Assembly: GCA_018648865.1 (NCBI GenBank) | Contig: JABGQH010000004.1 | Span: 72,961-136,960 of the forward strand | Length of the DNA: 64,000 nt | From: Candidatus Peregrinibacteria bacterium | Lineage (GTDB): Bacteria; Patescibacteriota; Gracilibacteria; Peribacterales; Peribacteraceae | Direction: 5' to 3' | Shown here: piece by piece, positions 25,913 through 35,019 of the stretch | Layout of the letters: each line of letters begins with the position of its first letter | How positions within the stretch are numbered: position 1 is the stretch's first letter | The notes under the pieces: model-generated | Database searches by the model: none | Told to the model about the DNA's origin: nothing | The model's input: only the letters and a program-made list of their open reading frames with translations | Position numbers and translations under genes: made by a program

Positions 25913-26350
25913 ATGGAAGAAAGATCAGACGAACAACCATTGGAGAAAAAATCTAATAACAATTCATCTATTATTGACTATGAAATTAAAAAACATTTTT
26001 CTGCAATGCTTGGTGTTATATCTAGAAATATAAAAATAAAGTTTTCAGAAAGAAATGGATGTGATCTATATACATTAAGACCATCGAGTGATGATATTAA
26101 TGCTATCTTAAAACTTCACTTATGGATGTGTACAAGAAACAAAATTAAAGCGTTAATAATGCTATCAGATTCATTTAAAACATCTAAAATTAATTTAAAT
26201 CAGCATGAACAATATAATAGAAATATGGTTAGATTTGAATCTGAAGAAGAGCTATCAGAAGTTCTAACAAACCAAACCTTATTATTATCTTCAATAATTA
26301 TAGGAAACGCCTGTAGAAAAAAGTTAGATATGCAGGAGCTTCCAATATAA
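25913..26350 (+). CDS. Hypothetical protein
   Basis: 145-aa ORF starting 10 nt after the previous one. It shares a short F-x-S-x-EE-[FL]-x-[DE]-x-L motif with its neighbour. Confidence 0.4.
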   Translation: MEERSDEQPLEKKSNNNSSIIDYEIKKHFSAMLGVISRNIKIKFSERNGCDLYTLRPSSDDINAILKLHLWMCTRNKIKALIMLSDSFKTSKINLNQHEQYNRNMVRFESEEELSEVLTNQTLLLSSIIIGNACRKKLDMQELPI

Positions 26351-26362
26351 TAGATGAGCTCA

Positions 26363-27478
26363 CTACACCTGATTAACTAGATGAACAGTACGAGTTGGGA
26401 AAGCCATCTCTATTCCCTCTTTCTCGAACACTTCTACTATAGCTAGATTCATCTTCTGCTGAGAGTTCATATAGTCTGTGTAATCTGCACTCTTAATGAA
26501 ATAAACAACTTCGAAGTTAAGACTAGAATCTGCAAATTCCTTAAAATGCACACGATCCATTTGAATCAATGCATCCTCTTTTGCAATTTTTTTAATCATT
26601 GCAGGTATCTTCTTTAATTTTTTGTGAGGAGTGTCGTAAGTAACACCAAATCCAAATACTATTCTTCGTTTTTTGAGCTTTTTAAAGTTTTGGATTTTGC
26701 TGTTTGTTAATTCTGAATTAGAGATAATTACCTCTTCGCCTTGCAGTGCTTCCATACGTGTAGTTTTTAGACCAATGCTTTTTACTGTTCCAGAGAACTC
26801 TCCGTAAACTACGAAATCCCCTTCCTCGAACGGTTTGTCTAAAATGATAGAGAATGAACTGAACATATCTTGGAACAATGGCTGCAAAGCTAGTGATACA
26901 GCCAACCCTCCAATACCCATACTAGCGATTAAGGATGTAACATTTACACCCATATTAGATAGGATTAACAGTAAACCAACTGACCAAAGAACTATTCTAA
27001 CAATCAAACCTACTGCAACTGTTAGATTTTTTGCTCCTGTATCAGATTTTTTAAATTTAATAGAAATCAAAGCCTTAACAACAACCTCTACTATCTTTAT
27101 TACCTCAAAAACAATTGCGAATAAGAAGATTGCCCTAATACCTAAACTAATAACATTTGATAGAGCCAAATGTTGTACAGAAAAGAAGAGCGAAACAGAA
27201 AAATAAAAGAAAGAACTAATATTTTTTAAAGACAAAGTTACTACATCGTCTATTTTCCACTTGGTCTTTTTAGCTATGGTATGGAGCCTACTAATTAATA
27301 TCTTTTTTCCTCCATGCAATAAAACAGAAAAGAATAAAAACAAAAAAAGTGCAATAATCCACTGTAAAACCGTATTTTGCAGAACAGTTGTACTTAAAAA
27401 TGAAAGATCCGAAATGCCAATCTTCTGCAAAGAAGAGTCGATTAGATCTGCTGCTTGGGTAGTTGCTTCCTGTTCCAT
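26363..27478 (-). CDS. Mechanosensitive ion channel, MscS family
   Basis: TM3 plus beta-domain signature GGLAVSLALQPLFQDMFSSFSIILDKPFEEGDFV...GTVKSIGLKTTRM. Confidence 0.85.
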   Translation of the reverse strand: MEQEATTQAADLIDSSLQKIGISDLSFLSTTVLQNTVLQWIIALFLFLFFSVLLHGGKKILISRLHTIAKKTKWKIDDVVTLSLKNISSFFYFSVSLFFSVQHLALSNVISLGIRAIFLFAIVFEVIKIVEVVVKALISIKFKKSDTGAKNLTVAVGLIVRIVLWSVGLLLILSNMGVNVTSLIASMGIGGLAVSLALQPLFQDMFSSFSIILDKPFEEGDFVVYGEFSGTVKSIGLKTTRMEALQGEEVIISNSELTNSKIQNFKKLKKRRIVFGFGVTYDTPHKKLKKIPAMIKKIAKEDALIQMDRVHFKEFADSSLNFEVVYFIKSADYTDYMNSQQKMNLAIVEVFEKEGIEMAFPTRTVHLVNQV

Positions 27479-27556
27479 AAAAGATAGTAGGGTAATAATT
27501 TATAAACAGTGTAGTACTAGCTTGCACTAAGACGCAAAAAACAAGACCATAGGCAT

Positions 27557-28072
27557 ATGAGAGAAGTGACATTAACAGACAAAGAAGGCAATAAAATAGG
27601 GCAGGCAGAAATCCTAGAAGCTCACACTGGTGAAGGCATGTTGCATCGCGCATTCTCTATATATGTATTTAGAAATAATAGATCAGAGGTACTCATTCAA
27701 AAAAGGGCTAATACAAAATTATTATTTGCAGGCATTTGGGCAAATACATGTTGCAGTCATCCCTTTATAGATGAAGATGTACTAAACGCAGGAGAAAGAA
27801 GACTTAATGAGGAATGTGGATTTACTGCCCATCTAAAAGTAGAAGGAACTCTTGTTTACAAGGCAGAGGACCCAAATGGGAATGGAGTAGAATATGAACA
27901 TGTAACACTGCTTACTGCTGATCTGAATGGAGATGTTGGATTAGATCCAAACCCAGAAGAGATTGAGGCAATGGAATGGAGAGATGTAAGTAACCTAAAA
28001 GAAGACATGAAAAATAATCAACATGCTTATGCTCCATGGTTTCATTTGGGGCTGAATATAATCTGCAAATAA
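27557..28072 (+). CDS. idi: Isopentenyl-diphosphate delta-isomerase, type 1 (Nudix fold)
   Basis: HRAFSIYVF...LIQKRA..K..FAGIWANTCCSHP and the Nudix-like AGERRLNEECG are typical of IDI-1. Confidence 0.85.
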   Translation: MREVTLTDKEGNKIGQAEILEAHTGEGMLHRAFSIYVFRNNRSEVLIQKRANTKLLFAGIWANTCCSHPFIDEDVLNAGERRLNEECGFTAHLKVEGTLVYKAEDPNGNGVEYEHVTLLTADLNGDVGLDPNPEEIEAMEWRDVSNLKEDMKNNQHAYAPWFHLGLNIICK

Positions 28073-28098
28073 TATTAAATTGTTATACTTTAATTCGT

Positions 28099-28782
28099 AT
28101 GAAGACACCTGATTCCAAATTACATATTGCAATAATCCCAGACGGCAACCGTCGTTGGGCAAAAAAGAGGACACTATCCCCTTGGAAAGGACACGAGAAA
28201 GCAATTCAGAACTTTAAAGAATCATTAGAATGGTGCTATGCACAGCCAGAAATTGGAGTTTTAACAATTTGGTGTTTCTCTACCGAGAACTGGAAGAGGA
28301 GTGAGAAAGAAATCGATAAACTAATGAAAATATTAGAAGAATATCTAATAAATCAAAGAGGAGAATTTATAGAAAAGGGTATACGCATATTGCACTCAGG
28401 CAGAAAAGATAGACTCCCCGCTTCTTTAATAAAAGAGATCTCTAAATTGGAAGAAGAAACAAAAGACAACAAAGAATGCACTCTTAATCTAGCCATAGAT
28501 TATGGAGGAAAAGATGAAATACTTAGAGCAATTAAAAAAAGTGAATCAGATGGAATAGAATCAGAAGATCAATTAAAGAAATATTTAGATCAACCAGATC
28601 TACAAGATCTAGATCTAATAATTCGAACGTCGGGAGAGAACCGAACAAGTAACTTTTTTCTTTGGCAAAGTGCATATGCAGAATGGATGTTTTTACCAAT
28701 TTTGTTTCCTGACTTTGGAGTTAAAGAATTAGAAGAGTGTGTAAATACTTTTAAAAAACGATCTAGAAGATTTGGAAGTTAA
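28099..28782 (+). CDS. uppS: Undecaprenyl-diphosphate synthase (cis-prenyltransferase)
   Basis: HIAIIPDGNRRWAKK, FSTENWKR and IRTSGE.R.SNFLLWQ.AYAE are the UppS signature. Confidence 0.9.
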   Translation: MKTPDSKLHIAIIPDGNRRWAKKRTLSPWKGHEKAIQNFKESLEWCYAQPEIGVLTIWCFSTENWKRSEKEIDKLMKILEEYLINQRGEFIEKGIRILHSGRKDRLPASLIKEISKLEEETKDNKECTLNLAIDYGGKDEILRAIKKSESDGIESEDQLKKYLDQPDLQDLDLIIRTSGENRTSNFFLWQSAYAEWMFLPILFPDFGVKELEECVNTFKKRSRRFGS

Positions 28783-28786
28783 TATA

Positions 28787-29629
28787 ATGAAAACCATTTC
28801 ATCCGCACCGGCAAAAATAATTCTCTCTGGAGAATACGCTGTTGTATTTGGATACCCTGGGATCGCAATTCCTGCAAATTGTGGGATCACAGCCGAATAT
28901 GAGCTAGATTTAGGAAGACCAGATCTGATAATAGAATGGCCAAATTCGAATGCTGGTTGGATAGAATACACAAATGAGATTGTTAATAAGTGTAAGGAAT
29001 ACGAAGACCAGATTTTTGGAACTCTAAAAATAAATTCCACAGCTCCACTTGGTAAAGGAATGGGATCTTCAACAGCTTTGGTAATTGCAATATGCAGAGC
29101 ACTACTTGGCGAAAGCTGTGAGCTGAAAGCAAAAGAAATAGAAGATGCATTAAATATTGGTAACAGTGGTATAGATTTTGCAGTTATCTGGAACAATTCA
29201 GCGATAGAGTTTAGAAAAGGAGAAGAGCCAAAAAAGGTAAAATTAAAAGAAGGAATCTTAAAAAATATGTATTTGATAGATACAGGTAAGCCAGAGCAAG
29301 CGACCCCAGAGCTAGTAGAATGGACTACCTCTAGAAAAGATTCTTTAGAAGAGTCTTTTAAAGTAATAGGGAGGTGCACCGAACGTGTAATAGGAGGAGA
29401 AGATTTAGAAGAAATTATTAAGGACCACAACAAAGCTCAAATAAAACTTGGAGTTGTTCCAAAAAACGTACAAGAACTAATCGAAAGTATCGAAACATCA
29501 GGAGGTTACGCAAAAGTAATTGGAGCAGGAGGAAAAACTGGTGGAGCAGGAATGGTTTTAGTAATCATTGATAATTTTGAAGCGCTTAGCTCAATTATAA
29601 GTAATACTTCTTTTACATTATTTTCTTAA
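28787..29629 (+). CDS. mvk: Mevalonate kinase (GHMP family)
   Basis: APAKIILSGEYAVVFG (compare APGKxILFGEHAVV), GHMP motif PLGKGMGSSTAL, SGID catalytic region, and AKVIGAGGKTGGAG. Confidence 0.8.
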   Translation: MKTISSAPAKIILSGEYAVVFGYPGIAIPANCGITAEYELDLGRPDLIIEWPNSNAGWIEYTNEIVNKCKEYEDQIFGTLKINSTAPLGKGMGSSTALVIAICRALLGESCELKAKEIEDALNIGNSGIDFAVIWNNSAIEFRKGEEPKKVKLKEGILKNMYLIDTGKPEQATPELVEWTTSRKDSLEESFKVIGRCTERVIGGEDLEEIIKDHNKAQIKLGVVPKNVQELIESIETSGGYAKVIGAGGKTGGAGMVLVIIDNFEALSSIISNTSFTLFS

Positions 29630-29635
29630 ATTTGT

Positions 29636-30640
29636 ATGAAAACCGCTATTTCTGCACCAAACAGCGCATGGATTAAGTATTGGGGCAATAGAAACAATGG
29701 CCTTAGGCTGCCTGTTGCAGACTCATTTTCTATGACTTTAGACAGCCCAACTGTAGAGATTGATATAGATCATTCAGAAACACTAACCGTGAAATCTATT
29801 AATTCAGATGGATCTGAGAGAATACTAAAAGAGTCTGAAGTTGGAAGGTTTCAAATAACATTGGATCTAGCGAAGAAATATTTAGAGACACTAGATGTTC
29901 CGGAAGCAATCCCCGCTTCTGTTGCACTTGAAATTAGATCTCATATTCCTGCTGCTGTAGGCCTTGCATCTTCTGCTGCAGTATTTAGTTGTTTTGCTCG
30001 TGCAATCCAAGGGTTAATTGAGGAGACAATCAATCTAACAGACGAACAGACAAGTGTTATAGCTAGGCTAGGGTCTGGCTCTGCTGCTCGTAGTGCTTCT
30101 GGAGGATTTATTGCGCTTAGAGCAGGTGAAGGAGACGAAATAGGCAGTTCTTATGGTGAACAAATGGCAGATGAGAACCATTGGGTGTTGCATGATTTTA
30201 TTCTTGTTCCATCTATGGAAGAGAAAAAAGTTGGTTCAACAAAGGGGCACGCAAGCGCGCAGTCCAGTCCTCATTTTTCGCAAAGAGTGGAAGATATAAT
30301 GGAAAGGAGACAAAAAGAATGTATAGACGCCGTACTTGGTAAAGACTTTGAGAAATTACAGCGAGTAGCAGAGGAAGATTGCGATGACATGCACAGAGTG
30401 ATGCTAACAAGTAATCCACCACTTGATTACCTAACAGATGTTACGCACAGAATAGTAAGAGATATAAAAGCATTTAGAGATAGTGAGCATTTAGAAGTTT
30501 TTTACACAATGGATGCAGGCCCTACAGTGCAGTTATTATGCACAGAAGAGTCTAAAGAGAAGGTTGCAGAGTTTGCTAACAATCAGGAGGATTGCACTAT
30601 ATTTACAGCCAAAACTGGCCCTGGAGCTAGACTAATTTAA
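29636..30640 (+). CDS. mvaD: Diphosphomevalonate decarboxylase family enzyme (substrate, MVAPP or MVAP, not resolvable here)
   Basis: SAPNSAWIKYWGNRN, GLASSAAVF and RLGSGSAARS match the MVD family motifs. Confidence 0.85.
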   Translation: MKTAISAPNSAWIKYWGNRNNGLRLPVADSFSMTLDSPTVEIDIDHSETLTVKSINSDGSERILKESEVGRFQITLDLAKKYLETLDVPEAIPASVALEIRSHIPAAVGLASSAAVFSCFARAIQGLIEETINLTDEQTSVIARLGSGSAARSASGGFIALRAGEGDEIGSSYGEQMADENHWVLHDFILVPSMEEKKVGSTKGHASAQSSPHFSQRVEDIMERRQKECIDAVLGKDFEKLQRVAEEDCDDMHRVMLTSNPPLDYLTDVTHRIVRDIKAFRDSEHLEVFYTMDAGPTVQLLCTEESKEKVAEFANNQEDCTIFTAKTGPGARLI

Positions 30641-30642
30641 CA

Positions 30643-31803
30643 ATGGATTTACGAAATTTACCCGAAGGCCTGTCTGCAAAAGCACGTTGCGATAAGCGAC
30701 GCGAAATGATCGAAGGCGAACTCGAATGTGAACTGAATCTACTTAAAATTAATGAAGATACACTCGGACTTGCAGACGAAAGAAACTGCGAAAACATGTT
30801 TGGGCAAGTTCCAATTCCTGTAGGTCTAGCTGGCCCTTTAAAATTAACTTTAAATTCAACAGAAAACACAGTCGTTCACCTTCCGCTAGCAACTACAGAA
30901 GGTGCACTAGTTGCGAGCGTGAATAGAGGATGCAAAGCACTTACCATGAGTGATAGTGTACGAACGTACTATGAAAGAATTGGAATCTCTCGTTCAATTG
31001 GATTGAATATAAAAAATTCATCAAAAGATATTTATGAATTTATTTGTGATAATGAAGAAGAATTAAAAAAGATTGCGCAGTCCACAAGCTCTCATTTAAA
31101 AGTTCTTTCTTTTGATATAGATAAATCTGGAGACTATTTGTTCCTCACCTTGTACGCAGATACAGATGAAGCAATGGGAATGAATATGATTACAATCGCC
31201 GCACAAAAAGTTGGAGATTGGATATCTGAATCTACTGGATCTGAGCTAGTAACAATTGCTGCCAATGTAGATAGCGATAAGAAGCCAAGCAAAAGAACAC
31301 ACGATAAAGGGCGTGGAATAAGCGCTACAGCTACAGCAGAAATCCCCTCTTCTGTTATTGAGCAGGTCTTTAAAACAACTCCAGAAAAACTACTAAAAGT
31401 CGCAGATGCTAAATTAAATCATGGATCAAAAATTGCTGGAGCAATCGGATCGAATCTACATGTCGCCAATGTTATTGCAGCTCTGTATTTAGCAACAGGG
31501 CAAGATGCTGCACATGTTGTAGAGGGGTCACTAGCAGATACTACTGTAGAGAAGAGTGAAGATGGGATAATTATACAAACAAAACTGCCTGCAATACTTG
31601 TTGGAACTATTGGTGGAGGCACTAGCCTGCCAGCACAAAAACAATGCTTAGATTTGTTACTTAATAATGAATACGGGGTAAAACAGTTCGCACAAATTAT
31701 TGCTGCTGCTGTACTAGCAGGGGAAATTTCTCTACTTGCTGCGCAAGCAACAAACACATTAGCATCAGCCCATAAATCACTTGGTCGAGAGGCTGGAAAG
31801 TAA
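30643..31803 (+). CDS. HMG-CoA reductase, class I (archaeal-size, soluble)
   Basis: Class I motifs ENMFGQVPIPVGLAGPL, TTEGALVASVNRGCKA, DAMGMNM and GTIGGGT. It is 386 aa with no membrane domain. Confidence 0.9.
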   Translation: MDLRNLPEGLSAKARCDKRREMIEGELECELNLLKINEDTLGLADERNCENMFGQVPIPVGLAGPLKLTLNSTENTVVHLPLATTEGALVASVNRGCKALTMSDSVRTYYERIGISRSIGLNIKNSSKDIYEFICDNEEELKKIAQSTSSHLKVLSFDIDKSGDYLFLTLYADTDEAMGMNMITIAAQKVGDWISESTGSELVTIAANVDSDKKPSKRTHDKGRGISATATAEIPSSVIEQVFKTTPEKLLKVADAKLNHGSKIAGAIGSNLHVANVIAALYLATGQDAAHVVEGSLADTTVEKSEDGIIIQTKLPAILVGTIGGGTSLPAQKQCLDLLLNNEYGVKQFAQIIAAAVLAGEISLLAAQATNTLASAHKSLGREAGK

Positions 31804-31850
31804 AGGTTAATTTGCTTAAATTAGACTCTAATTACTGTACAATCTGCTGG

Positions 31851-32873
31851 ATGAATAGATCTGCAATCGTTGGTTTTGGTATGTATATTCCAAATCAGCG
31901 TATACGAACAGCGGATATAGCCGCACACTGGCAACAGGATTCCAAAGCAATAAGTGCAGGGATAGGTGTTAATGAAAAATCTGTACCCTCTTCCTCGGAA
32001 GATGCTTTTACTATGGCGTTTGAGGCAGGAAAGCAGGCAATAGAGACGGCAGATATAGCAAGTACACAAATATCTGCTTGTTATATAGGCTCAGAGAGCC
32101 ATCCTTATGCAGTTAAACCAACAAGTGGAATGGTTGCCGCTGCATTAGAGCTAGATCCATTCTGCTTTTGTGCAGATTTGGAATTTGCCTGCAAAGCAGG
32201 AACAGCAGGTATGCAAATTGTTGATTCAATGGTCAAGAGCAAACAAGTTCGATATGGATTAGCAATTGGTAGTGATACAGCACAATCAGCACCAGGAGAT
32301 GCTTTGGAATACACTGCTGCTGCTGGAGCGGCGGCATTTGTAATTGGTAGCGAGAAAGATGAAAAAGCAATATGCAGAATGGACTACACATTATCTTTTA
32401 CAACAGACACACCAGATTTTTGGAGACCAGCAGAGAAAAAATACCCAAGTCACGCAGGAAGGTTCACAGGCGAACCTTCTTATTTTCGTCATGTCCGTGA
32501 AGCTATAAAAGGAATAATCCAAACAGCAGATTGTTCTGTAGAAGACATTAATCATGTTGTTTTACACATGCCAAATGCAAAGTTCCCTAAAAAAATTGCG
32601 AAGGAGTTTGGATTTACAAAGGAACAGATGGAGCATGGCTTTATAGTGCCAAATATAGGCAATACGTATAGTGCTTGTTCACCTTTAGGACTTGCTCATG
32701 TATTGCAAAAAGCAAAGAAACAAGAAACAATTCTTTTAATATCTTATGGATCTGGTGCTGGATCCGATGCATTCCTATTTACTATGTTAAAAGATGGTTC
32801 AGCTCTGCCACAGGATGAAAGAGAGAAACAATATTTAACTTATGGTGAGTACATGCACTGTCAAACTCAATAA
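31851..32873 (+). CDS. HMG-CoA synthase, archaeal-type (about 340 aa)
   Basis: Thiolase-fold condensing enzyme with GSESHPYAVKP and ACKAGT around the catalytic Cys. Its size matches archaeal HMGS, and it sits between the reductase and thiolase genes. Confidence 0.8.
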   Translation: MNRSAIVGFGMYIPNQRIRTADIAAHWQQDSKAISAGIGVNEKSVPSSSEDAFTMAFEAGKQAIETADIASTQISACYIGSESHPYAVKPTSGMVAAALELDPFCFCADLEFACKAGTAGMQIVDSMVKSKQVRYGLAIGSDTAQSAPGDALEYTAAAGAAAFVIGSEKDEKAICRMDYTLSFTTDTPDFWRPAEKKYPSHAGRFTGEPSYFRHVREAIKGIIQTADCSVEDINHVVLHMPNAKFPKKIAKEFGFTKEQMEHGFIVPNIGNTYSACSPLGLAHVLQKAKKQETILLISYGSGAGSDAFLFTMLKDGSALPQDEREKQYLTYGEYMHCQTQ

Positions 32874-32883
32874 ATTATTTATA

Positions 32884-33993
32884 ATGGAAAAAGCAATCTA
32901 CATAGCAGGCACAGGAATGACCCCATTCGGAGAATGGTGGGACAAAAGTATAAGAGAGTTGATGGATGAAGCTGTAGAAAAGGCACTAGAAAGCGCCGAA
33001 TGCAATGCACTTGATATAGATACAATCATTGTTGCGAACATGCTTGCAGAAAGTACAAGTAACCAAGCACACCTTGGCCCCCTTGCTGCAAATTTGCTTC
33101 CTCATGCACCACCTGCACTTAGGGTGGAATCTGCATGTGCATCTGGAGCAATAGCTATGCACACAGCTTGTGGATTACTAGAAAGTGGACGATCAGAAAC
33201 AATACTAGTTATTGGAGTAGAAAAAATGACAGACATAGCACCGTCTGATATTTCTACTGCCCTTATGGGTGCAGCAGATGCAGAAAAAGATGCTCCATGT
33301 GGACTAACTTTCCCTGGAATATTTGGATTGGTCGCAAGTAGTTACATGAATGAATATGGACTTACCAGAGAAGACTTAAGTCTTGTAAGTTCACGTCACC
33401 ACGCAAATGCTGCTAAGAATCCTTATGCACAATTTAGAAATCAAGTTACACCTGAGAACGTTACAAACAGTACAAAAGTAGCAGATCCACTACGCATGCT
33501 AGATTGCTCACCAATCAGTGATGGAGCTGCAGCATGCATATTATCTACAAAATTTGCATCTTCATTTAGGCTAGCAGCATCTCAAATTGCTACTGATTCT
33601 GTAAGCATTACAGATAGGGCCTCACTAACATCGTTCCCTGCAACAAAGGATGCAATGAGCAAAGCGCTAAAAGAAGCAGAAATAGAAAGAGATGAAATTA
33701 ACCACATAGAAATTCATGATTGCTTTTCTATCGCAGCAGTTATTAATGTAGAGGACTTAGGATTTGCTGAGGCTGGGAAAGGAATAAATGCCTACAAAAA
33801 AGAAAATTCATCTTTAACTATTAATGCTAGCGGCGGATTAAAAGCATGTGGCCATCCAGTTGGAGCAACTGGAGTGAAACAAATTATCGATTCAGTAAAA
33901 CAATTACATACCTCTAAAAAACAATTTGCATTAACACAGAATTTTGGAGGAGCATGTGCAAGTTGTGCAATTCATATAATCGAACAAGTATGA
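32884..33993 (+). CDS. Acetyl-CoA acetyltransferase (archaeal-type thiolase)
   Basis: VESACASGAIA (active-site Cys), HDCFS, and C-terminal GGACASC, in a protein of about 370 aa. Confidence 0.85.
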   Translation: MEKAIYIAGTGMTPFGEWWDKSIRELMDEAVEKALESAECNALDIDTIIVANMLAESTSNQAHLGPLAANLLPHAPPALRVESACASGAIAMHTACGLLESGRSETILVIGVEKMTDIAPSDISTALMGAADAEKDAPCGLTFPGIFGLVASSYMNEYGLTREDLSLVSSRHHANAAKNPYAQFRNQVTPENVTNSTKVADPLRMLDCSPISDGAAACILSTKFASSFRLAASQIATDSVSITDRASLTSFPATKDAMSKALKEAEIERDEINHIEIHDCFSIAAVINVEDLGFAEAGKGINAYKKENSSLTINASGGLKACGHPVGATGVKQIIDSVKQLHTSKKQFALTQNFGGACASCAIHIIEQV

Positions 33994-34919
33994 CCAATCC
34001 CCCAACCCAGCACAGAGCCCAAAAGAAACTACGCAATAACATGCAAGAAGGAACGATTCTTGCCATAACTACTGTTTCTCACCCCCCAGCAGGATTTAAT
34101 AAGGCACCTAGAAACATTGCTCTAATCAAATTAAATAATGGAACACGAGTGCTAGGATGCCTAACTACAATGGATTCGGCAGCTATAGGAAAAACTGTTC
34201 GTCCACGAATGCAATTACAACGTGTCATGGAAACTGGATTAAGAATATATGACGTTTCTTACGAACCAGTATTAATGAAAGAGGTAAAACAAGAGTCACT
34301 TGATCATGTTTTCCCTGGTTACATAATTGCACTAAGCGGACCATCTGGAGTTGGTAAATCTACTGTAAGCTCATTGCTAGTACGCACTGCGTCTGAATAT
34401 GTAGAACGAGTACCTATAATTACGACAAGAAAAGGAATGCAAGGTGATAACGAAGAATACATACATGTAACGAATACTGAGTTTAAAGAAATGTGTGATA
34501 GAGGAGAAGTTGTTGCATGTACCAATATTCCTGATAGAAATGTACAAAGACAATACGGTTATAAGGCTAAAGATATTGAGTCAATATGGACAAAGGGCAA
34601 GATACCTGTCGTAGTAACCGAGGAACATTTACTACAAGGTCTTTCTGACCATTTTGGCAGAAGATCATTACTTTCTTTTGGTCTTTTGCCACCCGGTGAA
34701 AGCAAAAGAGCAATGCTGTCTCAACTGCTACATAGGCTAAGAAAGCGCAATAGAGACACAAAAGAGAGCATAGAAGACCGTATAAAGAATGCAGAAAAAG
34801 ATATTGATTGCTTAAGGGAAAGAAATGATTTATTTGATCACATTCTAGTTAATGAACATTTAGAGTCCGTAATTGATACGCTTGTAGGCCATGTAATGAA
34901 CACAGCAAAGACTAAATAA
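33990..34919 (+). CDS. Fusion protein: DUF35-type OB-fold domain (no Zn ribbon) + divergent guanylate-kinase-like P-loop kinase
   Basis: The N-terminal GTILAITTVSHPPAGFNKAPRNIALIKLNNGTRVLGCL...IGKTVRP fits the DUF35 OB-fold pattern. The C-terminal SGPSGVGKSTV, ITTRKG and QYGY follow the Gmk fold order. It has an ATGA overlap with the thiolase stop. Confidence 0.7.
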   Translation: MTNPPTQHRAQKKLRNNMQEGTILAITTVSHPPAGFNKAPRNIALIKLNNGTRVLGCLTTMDSAAIGKTVRPRMQLQRVMETGLRIYDVSYEPVLMKEVKQESLDHVFPGYIIALSGPSGVGKSTVSSLLVRTASEYVERVPIITTRKGMQGDNEEYIHVTNTEFKEMCDRGEVVACTNIPDRNVQRQYGYKAKDIESIWTKGKIPVVVTEEHLLQGLSDHFGRRSLLSFGLLPPGESKRAMLSQLLHRLRKRNRDTKESIEDRIKNAEKDIDCLRERNDLFDHILVNEHLESVIDTLVGHVMNTAKTK

Positions 34920-34963
34920 ATATTACAACACCAGAGATCATAATAAGTACAAGTACTCAACCA

Positions 34964-34992
34964 TTCTCAAAAGAGCGTTTTTTTGGTATAAT
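34964..34992 (+). promoter_or_regulatory. Candidate extended -10 promoter of the glycogen gene cluster
   Basis: TGGTATAAT at 34984-34992, with a weak -35 (TTCTCA) 17 nt upstream of the TATAAT hexamer. The ATG is at 35020. Confidence 0.35.
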
Positions 34993-35019
34993 CTTTAGAT
35001 TTAAAGCAAATAAACATAA

